Assembly: GCA_964584925.1 (NCBI GenBank)
Contig: CAZPBS010000003.1
Coordinates: 2,196 to 66,195, forward strand
DNA length: 64,000 bases
Direction: 5' to 3'
Source: an uncultured Microbacteriaceae bacterium
GTDB lineage: Bacteria; Actinomycetota; Actinomycetes; Actinomycetales; Microbacteriaceae
This document shows positions 62,330 through 64,000 of the stretch, piece by piece. Made by a program: the position numbers and the translations under genes. Below the pieces are notes generated by a model. The model did no database searches. It was not told where the DNA came from and saw nothing but the letters and a program-made list of their open reading frames with translations. The first letter of the stretch is position 1; each line of letters starts with the position of its first letter.

Positions 62330-64000
62330 TCAGCGCTGATATCCGACCACGGGACCGAGGACGCTAGGGAGGGTTCCTCGGTGAAGGGCATCAAGTTCTT
62401 CCAGGTCGAAGCTGAAGTGGTCGGCAACGTCGAGGCCCCGTAGTGATACATCGGTCACACCCACTCTGGCCACTGGTACCCCTCGACCCTCACACAACCC
62501 GCGGAACTTGACGTCGTCTTCGCGGGCAACGCTCACGACCATTCGTGCCACGGACTCCGAGAACAACGCCTCGCTGATGTCCAGGTCGCCATCCTCCATC
62601 ACTTCAGAGAGCCACACCCGGGCGCCCACTCCTCGACGCAACACGCCCTCCACCAACGTTTGAATAAGTCCCCCGGTGGAAACATCGTGGGCGCTGGTCA
62701 CCAGCCCATCTTTTGCAGCGACCACCATGAGACCCGCCAAAGCCTTTTCGGCCGCAAGATTAGGTGCTGGGGGCATGCCTCCCAGGTGATTATGAATCAC
62801 GCCAGCCCAGGCTGATCCGTCAAGCTCTGCTCGGGTGGCGCCCAGCAGATAAAGATTCTCGCCATCGTCCTGCCAGCCGCTCGGCAGTCGGCGCTCCACA
62901 GTGTCGATGACTCCCATGACGGCCACCACTGGAGTGGGATGAATGGGAGTGGTCCCCGTTTGGTTGTAAAGGCTCACGTTGCCGCCAGTGACCGGAACTC
63001 CGAGTTCCATGCAGGCATCCGCCAAGCCGCGAACGGCTTCGGCAAACTGCCACATCACCTCAGGATCCTCAGGGCTTCCAAAGTTCAAGCAATCACTGAC
63101 AGCGCGGGGGTTAGCCCCAGTGGCTGCGACATTGCGGTAAGCCTCCGATAGGGCCAATTGCGCCCCCGTGTAGGGGTCCAGGTAGCTGTATCGGCCATTG
63201 GCATCTGTTGCCAGAGCGACCCCGAGGCCTGACTCTTCGTCGACTCGAATCATCCCTGCGTCATCGGGGAACGCCAGTGCAGTGTTGCCCATGACGTAGC
63301 GGTCGTATTGGTTGGTGATCCACTCGGGGTTCGCCAGGTTGGGTGATGAGAGAACCTGAGTGACCTGATCCCTCAACTCTTCGGGAGTTTGTGCTCGAGG
63401 CTTTCCCAACACCGTGTCTGCCTGGACTCCATCCAGCCATGCGGGCCGGTGGTAGGGGCGCTCATAGACCGGTGAATCTATGGCCACAGTTTTGGGGTCA
63501 ACATCGACGATGGTCTCACCCTGCCAGTGGATGATCAGTCGACCGGTGTCCGTGACTTCGCCCAACACACTGGTCTCCACCTCCCACTTGGCGGTGATGG
63601 CGAGGAAGTCATCAAGTTTCTCCGGGCGAACAATCGCCATCATGCGCTCTTGACTCTCCGACATCAAAATCTCTTCCGCGGTGAGGGTGTCATCGCGCAA
63701 GAGGACATGGTCGAGAGTGACCTCCATGCCACTGTCGCCGTTCGCCGCGAGTTCTGATGTGGCGCAACTAATTCCTGCGGCTCCGAGGTCTTGAATACCT
63801 TCTACAACACCTTCGTGGAAGAGCTCTAAGCAGCACTCAATGAGCACTTTTTCTGCAAACGGGTCCCCCACCTGAACAGCGGGGCGCTTGGTGGGCCCAC
63901 CATCATCGAAGGTTTCGCTGGCGAGGATGGAAGCTCCACCAATTCCATCTCCTCCGGTTCGAGCCCCGAAGAGGACCACTTTGTTGCCGGCACCTTTGGC
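62330..64000 (-). CDS. purL: FGAM synthase subunit PurL (3' part; starts outside window)
   Basis: VQVGDPF, SESQERM, CLNFGSP, GGNVSLYN, LFSES. Confidence 0.97.
   Translation of the reverse strand, partial: AKGAGNKVVLFGARTGGDGIGGASILASETFDDGGPTKRPAVQVGDPFAEKVLIECCLELFHEGVVEGIQDLGAAGISCATSELAANGDSGMEVTLDHVLLRDDTLTAEEILMSESQERMMAIVRPEKLDDFLAITAKWEVETSVLGEVTDTGRLIIHWQGETIVDVDPKTVAIDSPVYERPYHRPAWLDGVQADTVLGKPRAQTPEELRDQVTQVLSSPNLANPEWITNQYDRYVMGNTALAFPDDAGMIRVDEESGLGVALATDANGRYSYLDPYTGAQLALSEAYRNVAATGANPRAVSDCLNFGSPEDPEVMWQFAEAVRGLADACMELGVPVTGGNVSLYNQTGTTPIHPTPVVAVMGVIDTVERRLPSGWQDDGENLYLLGATRAELDGSAWAGVIHNHLGGMPPAPNLAAEKALAGLMVVAAKDGLVTSAHDVSTGGLIQTLVEGVLRRGVGARVWLSEVMEDGDLDISEALFSESVARMVVSVAREDDVKFRGLCEGRGVPVARVGVTDVSLRGLDVADHFSFDLEELDALHRGTLPSVLGPVVGYQR

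Overview
Origin-of-replication region of a compact, high-GC actinobacterial chromosome. Gene content and order point to a streamlined Microbacteriaceae (Pontimonas/Luna-cluster-like); this is inference, not a database match. The window runs gyrB(partial)-dciA-recF-dnaN-[oriC]-dnaA / rpmH-rnpA-yidD-yidC-jag-rsmG-parA-parB with two perfect parS sites. Next come an ATP-grasp/aminotransferase pair, trxAB, murJ, CCA enzyme, rpsF-ssb-rpsR-rplI, a second DnaA-box cluster and dnaB, then purB, a WXG100-like/lipase pair, a 2-oxoacid dehydrogenase E1/E2 operon, znuABC-zur, zinc-ribbon-free rpmB-rpmG-rpsN and HU. The remainder holds a Pif1-like helicase, tRNA-Gly(CCC), dcd, a C50 carotenoid cluster, dnaK-grpE-dnaJ-hspR-clpB with three HAIR operators, DUF6421 + threonine aldolase, xth, pyrE, an orphan DNA methyltransferase, purA, a lone YqaJ-type exonuclease and purL (partial). 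I saw no IS, integrase, rRNA or CRISPR. Most of the window is housekeeping. The best leads are the DUF6421-aldolase unit, the WXG100-like/lipase pair, the second DnaA-box cluster, the YqaJ gene with a PafBC-like promoter, and pervasive leaderless/bidirectional promoters.
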